Origin: Balanoglossus misakiensis
Taxonomy: Eukaryota; Animalia; Hemichordata
Direction: 5' to 3'
Assembly: GCA_040954595.2 (NCBI GenBank)
Contig: CM082576.2
Location: 16,973,028-17,037,027, forward strand
DNA: 64,000 nucleotides
The position numbers and the translations under genes were made by a program. The notes under the pieces are model-generated. The model worked only from the letters and a program-made list of their open reading frames with translations. It was not told the DNA's origin and ran no database searches. Of this stretch, positions 11,457 to 23,589 are shown in pieces. How positions within the stretch are numbered: position 1 is the first letter of the stretch; each line of letters begins with the position of its first letter.

Positions 11457-12503
11457 CAGTCGAACCTCGGTATAACGAAGAACAGGGGACTGTTTGAATC
11501 TATTCGTAATACCCGGAGTTCGTTGTAACCACAGAGAAAGTGGGGGCGTGTCACTGGAACAAAATGGCGGCCATTATACACACCCACCCGTACACGCACA
11601 CAACACGTACTTCATACAAACAAACTTTTTATTACAGTACTTAATAAATTAGTGAAAAATCAAAACATAAATGTACAGTATGTTAATAAATAAATTGTAC
11701 AAAAATCACAATGCGGAAAGAAGTTAAAATTCACGAATTAAAAACTACATGAACCTGATCAGGCCGCCAGATTCAATTGTTCGTTTTCCTATCGAAGTTA
11801 CTCACGCGGGCAAGAAAAAAAGTTCGTAAACTTCGATTGTCGCTGAACGGAACACATGGTTGAAAACATCGTGTCGTCAATCGAAGAGAGATGATGGTAG
11901 GTAGCATCATCGATGTTCTCGCGGGACTGCAGCTATGCGGCATAACGGTAGCCCAGAGGTCACTCGCTGTGTCAAGGACACCGGTCGACGCGTTCCTACA
12001 TAGGACTTTCCGAAAACAGTTCGTGATGGTATTCGATGTCACCTTCAACCATGATGAGTGTCTCATATCGGTCATTTTCAAAGTTAAGATCAAAGTCAAA
12101 ATCCCGTAATGTGTAAACGACTTGAAAGCTTTTTTCACATTGATGCTCAACGACCTGTCAAAAGCGTGATGCTTAGTAAGCACATGTAAACAATAGGCGT
12201 GAATTTGCTGCCCTGACTCCTATTCAGACATTGGACTGCCATAGGAAGGTGTGAAGAAGTTACACGGCATTTTAGTTTGATCAAAGTCAAATTGCACATT
12301 GTTTATTTCCAACCTTTATTCAAAAAAGTGTTCGCAACACAATGAAAATGTCTTCGTTGTAAGCGGTGATTGATAAATGTTCGTTCGTTGTAAGTGGTAT
12401 GAACGGCCATAGAAAACAATGGTACCAATTCGGGACTATGACTGTTCGTTCGTTGTAAGCGGTTTTTCGTTGTAAGCCTTTTTGTTATACCGAGGTTCGA
12501 CTG
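11457..12503 (-). mobile_element. Non-autonomous pogo/Tigger-type (Tc1-mariner) DNA transposon, 1047 bp, copy 1
   Basis: 20-bp perfect TIR CAGTCGAACCTCGGTATAAC, TA TSD, subterminal TTCGTTGTAA repeats. Minus-strand remnants SWLKVTSNTITNCFRK (resembles the end of the pogo DDE_1 domain) and QRQSKFTNFFS (PIP-box-like C-terminus). Confidence 0.9.
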
Positions 12504-13935
12504 TAGCTACATTGGTAGGCTGAAAGCTTACTCCCTGAGACTGTTTGAGCCAATGACGGGTAAGACCGCTTATGAAGTGGTGACCTAAGACAGGCGACAG
12601 TCAGGCTTTACTTACAAAAAGTGGAAAATATAATAGCTACATTGGTAGGCTGAAAGCTTACTCCCTGAGACTGTTTGAGCCAATGACGGGTAAGACCGCT
12701 TATGAAGTGGTGACCTAAGACAGGCGACAGTCAGGCTTCACTTACAAAAAGTGGAAAATATAATAGCTACATTGGTAGGCTGAAAGCTTACTTCCTGAGA
12801 CTGTTTGAGCCAATGACGGGTAAGACCGCTTATGAAGTGGTGACATAAGACAGGCGACAGTCAGGCTTCACTTACAAAAAGTGGAAAATATAATAGCTAC
12901 ATTGGTAGGCTGAAAGCTTACTTCCTGAGACTGTTTGAGCCAATGACGGGTAAGACCGCATATGAAGTGGTGACCTAAGACAGGCGACAGTCAGGCTTCA
13001 CTTACAAAAAGTGGAAAATATAATAGCTACATTGGTAGGCTGAAAGCTTACTCCCTGAGACTGTTTGAGCCAATGACGGGTAAGACCGCTTATGAAGTGG
13101 TGACCTAAGACAGGCGACAGTCAGGCTTCACTTACAAAAAGTGGAAAATATAATAGCTACATTGGTAGGCTGAAAGCTTACCTCCTGAGACTGTTTGATC
13201 CAATGACGGGTAAGACCGCTTATGAAGTGGTGACCTAAGACAGGCGACAGTCAGGCTTCTCTTACAAAAAGTGGAAAATACAAAAGCTACATTGGTAGGC
13301 TGAAAGCTTACTCCCTGAGACTGTTTGAGCCAATGACGGGTAAGACCGCTTATGAAGTGGTGACCTAAGACAGGCGACAGTCAGGCTTCACTTACAAAAA
13401 GTGGAAAATACAATAGCTACATTGGTAGGCTGAAAGCTTACTCCCTAAGACTGTTTGAGCCAATGACGGGTAAGACCGCTTATGAAGTGGTGACCTAAGA
13501 CAGGCGACAGTCTGGCTTCACTTACAAAAAGTGGAAAATGTAATAGCTACATTGGTAGGCTGAAAGCTTAATCCCTGATGCTGTTTGAGCCTATGACGGG
13601 TAAGACCGCTTATGAAGTGGTGACCTAAGACAGGCGACAGTCAGGCTTCACTTACAAAAAGTGGAAAATATAATAGCTACATTGGTAGGCTGAAAGCTTA
13701 CTCCCTGAGACTGTTTGAGCCAATGACGGGTAAGACCGCTTATGAAGTGGTGACCTAAGACAGGCGACAGTCAGGCTTCACTTAAAAAAAGTGGAAAATA
13801 TAATAGCTACATTGGTAGGCTGAAAGCTTACTTCCTGAGACTGTTTGAGCCAATGACGGGTAAGACCGCTTATGAAGTGGTGACCTAAGACAGGCGACAG
13901 TCAGGCTTCACTTACAAAAAGTGGAAAATATAATA

Positions 13936-14982
13936 CAGTCGAACCTCGGTATAACGAAGAACAGGGGACTGTTTGAATCTATTCGTAATACCCGGAGTTC
14001 GTTGTAACCACAGAGAAAGTGGGGGCGTGTCACTGGAACAAAATGGCGGCCATTATACACACCCACCCGTACACGCACACAACACGTACTTCATACAAAC
14101 AAACTTTTTATTACAGTACTTAATAAATTAGTGAAAAATCAAAACATAAATGTACAGTATGTTAATAAATAAATTGTACAAAAATCACAATGCGGAAAGA
14201 AGTTAAAATTCACGAATTAAAAACTACATGAACCTGATCAGGCCGCCAGATTCAATTGTTCGTTTTCCTATCGAAGTTACTCACGCGGGCAAGAAAAAAA
14301 GTTCGTAAACTTCGATTGCCGCTGAACGGAACACATGGTTGAAAACATCGTGTCGTCAATCGAAGAGAGATGATGGTAGGTAGCATCATCGATGTTCTCG
14401 CGGGACTGCAGCTATGCGGCATAACGGTAGCCCAGAGGTCACTCGCTGTGTCAAGGACACCGGTCGACGCGTTCCTACATAGGACTTTCCGAAAACAGTT
14501 CGTGATGGTATTCGATGTCACCTTCAACCATGATGAGTGTCTCATATCGGTCATTTTCAAAGTTAAGATCAAAGTCAAAATCCCGTAATGTGTAAACGAC
14601 TTGAAAGCTTTTTTCACATTGATGCTCAACGACCTGTCAAAAGCGTGATGCTTAGTAAGCACATGTAAACAATAGGCGTGAATTTGCTGCCCTGACTCCT
14701 ATTCAGACATTGGACTGCCATAGGAAGGTGTGAAGAAGTTACACGGCATTTTAGTTTGATCAAAGTCAAATTGCACATTGTTTATTTCCAACCTTTATTC
14801 AAAAAAGTGTTCGCAACACAATGAAAATGTCTTCGTTGTAAGCGGTGATTGATAAATGTTCGTTCGTTGTAAGTGGTATGAACGGCCATAGAAAACAATG
14901 GTACCAATTCGGGACTATGACTGTTCGTTCGTTGTAAGCGGTTTTTCGTTGTAAGCCTTTTTGTTATACCGAGGTTCGACTG
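13936..14982 (-). mobile_element. pogo-type element, copy 2
   Basis: Near-identical to copy 1, with the same TIRs, TA TSD and satellite phase. Confidence 0.9.
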
Positions 14983-16544
14983 TAGCTACATTGGTAGGCT
15001 GAAAGCTTACTCCCTGAGACTGTTTGAGCCAATGACGGGTAAGACCGCTTATGAAGTGGTGACCTAAGACAGGCGACAGTCAGGCTTTACTTACAAAAAG
15101 TGGAAAATATAATAGCTACATTGGTAGGCTGAAAGCTTACTCCCTGAGACTGTTTGAGCCAATGACGGGTAAGACCGCTTATGAAGTGGTGACCTAAGAC
15201 AGGCGACAGTCAGGCTTCACTTACAAAAAGTGGAAAATATAATAGCTACATTGGTAGGCTGAAAGCTTACTTCCTGAGACTGTTTGAGCCAATGACGGGT
15301 AAGACCGCTTATGAAGTGGTGACATAAGACAGGCGACAGTCAGGCTTCACTTACAAAAAGTGGAAAATATAATAGCTACATTGGTAGGCTGAAAGCTTAC
15401 TTCCTGAGACTGTTTGAGCCAATGACGGGTAAGACCGCATATGAAGTGGTGACCTAAGACAGGCGACAGTCAGGCTTCACTTACAAAAAGTGGAAAATAT
15501 AATAGCTACATTGGTAGGCTGAAAGCTTACTCCCTGAGACTGTTTGAGCCAATGACGGGTAAGACCGCTTATGAAGTGGTGACCTAAGACAGGCGACAGT
15601 CAGGCTTCACTTACAAAAAGTGGAAAATATAATAGCTACATTGGTAGGCTGAAAGCTTACCTCCTGAGACTGTTTGATCCAATGACGGGTAAGACCGCTT
15701 ATGAAGTGGTGACCTAAGACAGGCGACAGTCAGGCTTCACTTACAAAAAGTGGAAAATACAATAGCTACATTGGTAGGCTGAAAGCTTACTCCCTAAGAC
15801 TGTTTGAGCCAATGACGGGTAAGACCGCTTATGAAGTGGTGACCTAAGACAGGCGACAGTCTGGCTTCACTTACAAAAAGTGGAAAATGTAATAGCTACA
15901 TTGGTAGGCTGAAAGCTTAATCCCTGAGGCTGTTTGAGCCTATGACGGGTAAGACCGCTTATGAAGTGGTGACCTAAGACAGGCGACAGTCAGGCTTCAC
16001 TTACAAAAAGTGGAAAATATAATAGCTACATTGGTAGGCTGAAAGCTTACTCCCTGAGACTGTTTGAGCCAATGACGGGTAAGACCGCTTATGAAGTGGT
16101 GGCCTAAGACAGGCGACAGTCAGGCTTCACTTACAAAAAGTGGAAAATATAATAGCTACATTGGTAGGCTGAAAGCTTACTTCCTGAGACTGTTTGAGCC
16201 AATGACGGGTAAGACCGCTTATGAAGTAGTGACCTAAGACAGGCGACAGTCTGGCTTCACTTACAAAAAGTGGAAAATATAATAGCTACATTGGTAGGCT
16301 GAAAGCTTCCTTCCTGAGACTGTTTGAGCCAATGACGGGTAAGACCGCTTATGAAGTGGTGACCTAAGTCAGGCGACAGTCAGGCTTCACTTACAAAAAG
16401 TGGAAAATATAATAGCTACATTGGTAGGCTGAAAGCTTCCTTCCTGAGACTGTTTGAGCCAATGACGGGTAAGACCGCTTATGAAGTGGTGACCTAAGAC
16501 AGGCGACAGTCAGGCTTCACTTACAAAAAGTGGAAAATATAATA

Positions 16545-17591
16545 CAGTCGAACCTCGGTATAACGAAGAACAGGGGACTGTTTGAATCTATTCGTAATAC
16601 CCGGAGTTCGTTGTAACCACAGAGAAAGTGGGGGCGTGTCACTGGAACAAAATGGCGGCCATTATACACACCCACCCGTACACGCACACAACACGTACTT
16701 CATACAAACAAACTTTTTATTACAGTACTTAATAAATTAGTGAAAAATCAAAACATAAATGTACAGTATGTTAATAAATAAATTGTACAAAAATCACAAT
16801 GCGGAAAGAAGTTAAACTTCACGAATTAAAAACTACATGAACCTGATCAGGCCGCCAGATTCAATTGTTCGTTTTCCTATCGAAGTTACTCACGCGGGCA
16901 AGAAAAAAAGTTCGTAAACTTCGATTGTCGCTGAACGGAACACATGGTTGAAAACATCGTGTCGTCAATCGAAGAGAGATGATGGTAGGTAGCATCATCG
17001 ATGTTCTCGCGGGACTGCAGCTATGCGGCATAACGGTAGCCCAGAGGTCACTCGCTGTGTCAAGGACACCGGTCGACGCGTTCCTACATAGGACTTTCCG
17101 AAAACAGTTCGTGATGGTATTCGATGTCACCTTCAACCATGATGAGTGTCTCATATCGGTCATTTTCAAAGTTAAGATCAAAGTCAAAATCCCGTAATGT
17201 GTAAACGACTTGAAAGCTTTTTTCACATTGATGCTCAACGACCTGTCAAAAGCGTGATGCTTAGTAAGCACATGTAAACAATAGGCGTGAATTTGCTGCC
17301 CTGACTCCTATTCAGACATTGGACTGCCATAGGAAGGTGTGAAGAAGTTACACAGCATTTTAGTTTGATCAAAGTCAAATTGCACATTGTTTATTTCCAA
17401 CCTTTATTCAAAAAAGTGTTCGCAACACAATGAAAATGTCTTCGTTGTAAGCGGTGATTGATAAATGTTCGTTCGTTGTAAGTGGTATGAACGGCCATAG
17501 AAAACAATGGTACCAATTCGGGACTATGACTGTTCGTTCGTTGTAAGCGGTTTTTCGTTGTAAGCCTTTTTGTTATACCGAGGTTCGACTG
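16545..17591 (-). mobile_element. pogo-type element, copy 3
   Basis: Near-identical to copy 1. Shares the CACAGCATT variant with copy 4. Confidence 0.9.
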
Positions 17592-19413
17592 TAGCTACAT
17601 TGGTAGGCTGAAAGCTTACTCCCTGAGACTGTTTGAGCCAATGACGGGTAAGACCGCTTATGAAGTGGTGACCTAAGACAGGCGACAGTCAGGCTTTACT
17701 TACAAAAAGTGGAAAATATAATAGCTACATTGGTAGGCTGAAAGCTTACTCCCTGAGACTGTTTGAGCCAATGACGGGTAAGACCGCTTATGAAGTGGTG
17801 ACCTAAGACAGGCGACAGTCAGGCTTCACTTACAAAAAGTGGAAAATATAATAGCTACATTGGTAGGCTGAAAGCTTACTTCCTGAGACTGTTTGAGCCA
17901 ATGACGGGTAAGACCGCTTATGAAGTGGTGACATAAGACAGGCGACAGTCAGGCTTCACTTACAAAAAGTGGAAAATATAATAGCTACATTGGTAGGCTG
18001 AAAGCTTACTTCCTGAGACTGTTTGAGCCAATGACGGGTAAGACCGCATATGAAGTGGTGACCTAAGACAGGCGACAGTCAGGCTTCACTTACAAAAAGT
18101 GGAAAATATAATAGCTACATTGGTAGGCTGAAAGCTTACTCCCTGAGACTGTTTGAGCCAATGACGGGTAAGACCGCTTATGAAGTGGTGACCTAAGACA
18201 GGCGACAGTCAGGCTTCACTTACAAAAAGTGGAAAATATAATAGCTACATTGGTAGGCTGAAAGCTTACCTCCTGAGACTGTTTGATCCAATGACGGGTA
18301 AGACCGCTTATGAAGTGGTGACCTAAGACAGGCGACAGTCAGGCTTCTCTTACAAAAAGTGGAAAATACAAAAGCTACATTGGTAGGCTGAAAGCTTACT
18401 CCCTGAGACTGTTTGAGCCAATGACGGGTAAGACCGCTTATGAAGTGGTGACCTAAGACAGGCGACAGTCAGGCTTCACTTACAAAAAGTGGAAAATACA
18501 ATAGCTACATTGGTAGGCTGAAAGCTTACTCCCTAAGACTGTTTGAGCCAATGACGGGTAAGACCGCTTATGAAGTGGTGACCTAAGACAGGCGACAGTC
18601 TGGCTTCACTTACAAAAAGTGGAAAATGTAATAGCTACATTGGTAGGCTGAAAGCTTAATCCCTGAGGCTGTTTGAGCCTATGACGGGTAAGACCGCTTA
18701 TGAAGTGGTGACCTAAGACAGGCGACAGTCAGGCTTCACTTACAAAAAGTGGAAAATATAATAGCTACATTGGTAGGCTGAAAGCTTACTCCCTGAGACT
18801 GTTTGAGCCAATGACGGGTAAGACCGCTTATGAAGTGGTGGCCTAAGACAGGCGACAGTCAGGCTTCACTTACAAAAAGTGGAAAATATAATAGCTACAT
18901 TGGTAGGCTGAAAGCTTACTTCCTGAGACTGTTTGAGCCAATGACGGGTAAGACCGCTTATGAAGTAGTGACCTAAGACATGCGACAGTCTGGCTTCACT
19001 TACAAAAAGTGGAAAATATAATAGCTACATTGGTAGGCTGAAAGCTTCCTACCTGAGACTGTTTGAGCCAATGACGGGTAAGACCGCTTATGAAGTGGTG
19101 ACCTAAGTCAGGCGACAGTCAGGCTTCACTTACAAAAAGTGGAAAATATAATAGCTACATTGGTAGGCTGAAAGCTTCCTTCCTGAGACTGTTTGAGCCA
19201 ATGACGGGTAAGACCGCTTATGAAGTGGTGACCTAAGACAGGCGACAGTCAGGCTTCACTTACAAAAAGTGGAAAATATAATAGCTACATTGGTAGGCTG
19301 AAAGCTTACTTCCTGAGACTGTTTGAGCCAATGACGGGTAAGACCGCTTATGAAGTGGTGACCTAAGACAGGCGACAGTCAGGCTTCACTTACAAAAAGT
19401 GGAAAATATAATA

Positions 19414-20460
19414 CAGTCGAACCTCGGTATAACGAAGAACAGGGGACTGTTTGAATCTATTCGTAATACCCGGAGTTCGTTGTAACCACAGAGAAAGTGG
19501 GGGCGTGTCACTGGAACAAAATGGCGGCCATTATACACACCCACCCGTACACGCACACAACACGTACTTCATACAAACAAACTTTTTATTACAGTACTTA
19601 ATAAATTAGTGAAAAATCAAAACATAAATGTACAGTATGTTAATAAATAAATTGTACAAAAATCACAATGCGGAAAGAAGTTAAAATTCACGAATTAAAA
19701 ACTACATGAACCTGATCAGGCCGCCAGATTCAATTGTTCGTTTTCCTATCGAAGTTACTCACGCGGGCAAGAAAAAAAGTTCGTAAACTTCGATTGTCGC
19801 TGAACGGAACACATGGTTGAAAACATCGTGTCGTCAATCGAAGAGAGATGATGGTAGGTAGCATCATCGATGTTCTCGCGGGACTGCAGCTATGCGGCAT
19901 AACGGTAGCCCAGAGGTCACTCGCTGTGTCAAGGACACCGGTCGACGCGTTCCTACATAGGACTTTCCGAAAACAGTTCGTGATGGTATTCGATGTCACC
20001 TTCAACCATGATGAGTGTCTCATATCGGTCATTTTCAAAGTTAAGATCAAAGTCAAAATCCCGTAATGTGTAAACGACTTGAAAGCTTTTTTCACATTGA
20101 TGCTCAACGACCTGTCAAAAGCGTGATGCTTAGTAAGCACATGTAAACAATAGGCGTGAATTTGCTGCCCTGACTCCTATTCAGACATTGGACTGCCATA
20201 GGAAGGTGTGAAGAAGTTACACAGCATTTTAGTTTGATCAAAGTCAAATTGCACATTGTTTATTTCCAACCTTTATTCAAAAAAGTGTTCGCAACACAAT
20301 GAAAATGTCTTCGTTGTAAGCGGTGATTGATAAATGTTCGTTCGTTGTAAGTGGTATGAACGGCCATAGAAAACAATGGTACCAATTCGGGACTATGACT
20401 GTTCGTTCGTTGTAAGCGGTTTTTCGTTGTAAGCCTTTTTGTTATACCGAGGTTCGACTG
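19414..20460 (-). mobile_element. pogo-type element, copy 4
   Basis: Near-identical to copy 1, with the same TIRs, TSD and phase. Confidence 0.9.
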
Positions 20461-22542
20461 TAGCTACATTGGTAGGCTGAAAGCTTACTCCCTGAGACTG
20501 GTTGAGCCAATGACGGGTAAGACCGCTTATGAAGTGGTGACCTAAGACAGGCGACAGTCAGGCTTTACTTACAAAAAGTGGAAAATATAATAGCTACATT
20601 GGTAGGCTGAAAGCTTACTCCCTGAGACTGTTTGAGCCAATGACGGGTAAGACCGCTTATGAAGTGGTGACCTAAGACAGGCGACAGTCAGGCTTCACTT
20701 ACAAAAAGTGGAAAATATAATAGCTACATTGGTAGGCTGAAAGCTTACTTCCTGAGACTGTTTGAGCCAATGACGGGTAAGACCGCTTATGAAGTGGTGA
20801 CATAAGACAGGCGACAGTCAGGCTTCACTTACAAAAAGTGGAAAATATAATAGCTACATTGGTAGGCTGAAAGCTTACTTCCTGAGACTGTTTGAGCCAA
20901 TGACGGGTAAGACCGCATATGAAGTGGTGACCTAAGACAGGCGACAGTCAGGCTTCACTTACAAAAAGTGGAAAATATAATAGCTACATTGGTAGGCTGA
21001 AAGCTTACTCCCTGAGACTGTTTGAGCCAATGACGGGTAAGACCGCTTATGAAGTGGTGACCTAAGACAGGCGACAGTCAGGCTTCACTTACAAAAAGTG
21101 GAAAATATAATAGCTACATTGGTAGGCTGAAAGCTTAATCCCTGAGGCTGTTTGAGCCAATGACGGGTAAGACCGCTTATGAAGTGGTGACCTAAGACAG
21201 GCGACAGTCAGGCTTCACTTACAAAAAGTGGAAAATATAATAGCTACATTGGTAGGCTGAAAGCTTACTCCCTGAGACTGTTTGAGCCAATGACGGGTAA
21301 GACCGCTTATGAAGTGGTGACATAAGACAGGCGACAGTCAGGCTTCACTTACAAAAAGTGGAAAATATAATAGCTACATTGGTAGGCTGAAAGCTTACTT
21401 CCTGAGACTGTTTGAGCCAATGACGGGTAAGACCGCATATGAAGTGGTGACCTAAGACAGGCGACAGTCAGGCTTCACTTACAAAAAGTGGAAAATATAA
21501 TAGCTACATTGGTAGGCTGAAAGCTTACTCCCTGAGACTGTTTGAGCCAATGACGGGTAAGACCGCTTATGAAGTGGTGACCTAAGACAGGCGACAGTCA
21601 GGCTTCACTTACAAAAAGTGGAAAATACAATAGCTACATTGGTAGGCTGAAAGCTTACTCCCTAAGACTGTTTGAGCCAATGACGGGTAAGACCGCTTAT
21701 GAAGTGGTGACCTAAGACAGGCGACAGTCTGGCTTCACTTACAAAAAGTGGAAAATGTAATAGCTACATTGGTAGGCTGAAAGCTTAATCCCTGAGGCTG
21801 TTTGAGCCTATGACGGGTAAGACCGCTTATGAAGTGGTGACCTAAGACAGGCGACAGTCAGGCTTCACTTACAAAAAGTGGAAAATATAATAGCTACATT
21901 GGTAGGCTGAAAGCTTACTCCCTGAGACTGTTTGAGCCAATGACGGGTAAGACCGCTTATGAAGTGGTGGCCTAAGACAGGCGACAGTCAGGCTTCACTT
22001 ACAAAAAGTGGAAAATATAATAGCTACATTGGTAGGCTGAAAGCTTACTTCCTGAGACTGTTTGAGCCAATGACGGGTAAGACCGCTTATGAAGTAGTGA
22101 CCTAAGACATGCGACAGTCTGGCTTCACTTACAAAAAGTGGAAAATATAATAGCTACATTGGTAGGCTGAAAGCTTCCTACCTGAGACTGTTTGAGCCAA
22201 TGACGGGTAAGACCGCTTATGAAGTGGTGACCTAAGTCAGGCGACAGTCAGGCTTCACTTACAAAAAGTGGAAAATATAATAGCTACATTGGTAGGCTGA
22301 AAGCTTCCTTCCTGAGACTGTTTGAGCCAATGACGGGTAAGACCGCTTATGAAGTGGTGACCTAAGACAGGCGACAGTCAGGCTTCACTTACAAAAAGTG
22401 GAAAATATAATAGCTACATTGGTAGGCTGAAAGCTTACTTCCTGAGACTGTTTGAGCCAATGACGGGTAAGACCGCTTATGAAGTGGTGACCTAAGACAG
22501 GCGACAGTCAGGCTTCACTTACAAAAAGTGGAAAATATAATA

Positions 22543-23589
22543 CAGTCGAACCTCGGTATAACGAAGAACAGGGGACTGTTTGAATCTATTCGTAATACCC
22601 GGAGTTCGTTGTAACCACAGAGAAAGTGGGGGCGTGTCACTGGAACAAAATGGCGGCCATTATACACACCCACCCGTACACGCACACAACACGTACTTCA
22701 TACAAACAAACTTTTTATTACAGTACTTAATAAATTAGTGAAAAATCAAAACATAAATGTACAGTATGTTAATAAATAAATTGTACAAAAATCACAATGC
22801 GGAAAGAAGTTAAAATTCACGAATTAAAAACTACATGAACCTGATCAGGCCGCCAGATTCAATTGTTCGTTTTCCTATCGAAGTTACTCACGCGGGCAAG
22901 AAAAAAAGTTCGTAAACTTCGATTGTCGCTGAACGGAACACATGGTTGAAAACATCGTGTCGTCAATCGAAGAGAGATGATGGTAGGTAGCATCATCGAT
23001 GTTCTCGCGGGACTGCAGCTATGCGGCATAACGGTAGCCCAGAGGTCACTCGCTGTGTCAAGGACACCGGTCGACGCGTTCCTACATAGGACTTTCCGAA
23101 AACAGTTCGTGATGGTATTCGATGTCACCTTCAACCATGATGAGTGTCTCATATCGGTCATTTTCAAAGTTAAGATCAAAGTCAAAATCCCGTAATGTGT
23201 AAACGACTTGAAAGCTTTTTTCACATTGATGCTCAACGACCTGTCAAAAGCGTGATGCTTAGTAAGCACATGTAAACAATAGGCGTGAATTTGCTGCCCT
23301 GACTCCTATTCAGACATTGGACTGCCATAGGAAGGTGTGAAGAAGTTACACGGCATTTTAGTTTGATCAAAGTCAAATTGCACATTGTTTATTTCCAACC
23401 TTTATTCAAAAAAGTGTTCGCAACACAATGAAAATGTCTTCGTTGTAAGCGGTGATTGATAAATGTTCGTTCGTTGTAAGTGGTATGAACGGCCATAGAA
23501 AACAATGGTACCAATTCGGGACTATGACTGTTCGTTCGTTGTAAGCGGTTTTTCGTTGTAAGCCTTTTTGTTATACCGAGGTTCGACTG
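22543..23589 (-). mobile_element. pogo-type element, copy 5
   Basis: Near-identical to copy 1, with the same TIRs, TSD and phase. Confidence 0.9.

Noticed and set aside
11773-23269. Five-copy 136-aa and 72-aa ORFs as a tandem gene family
   Set aside because: They are internal to the pogo-type element, start at non-ATG or arbitrary codons, and are best explained as a transposase relic and its antisense.
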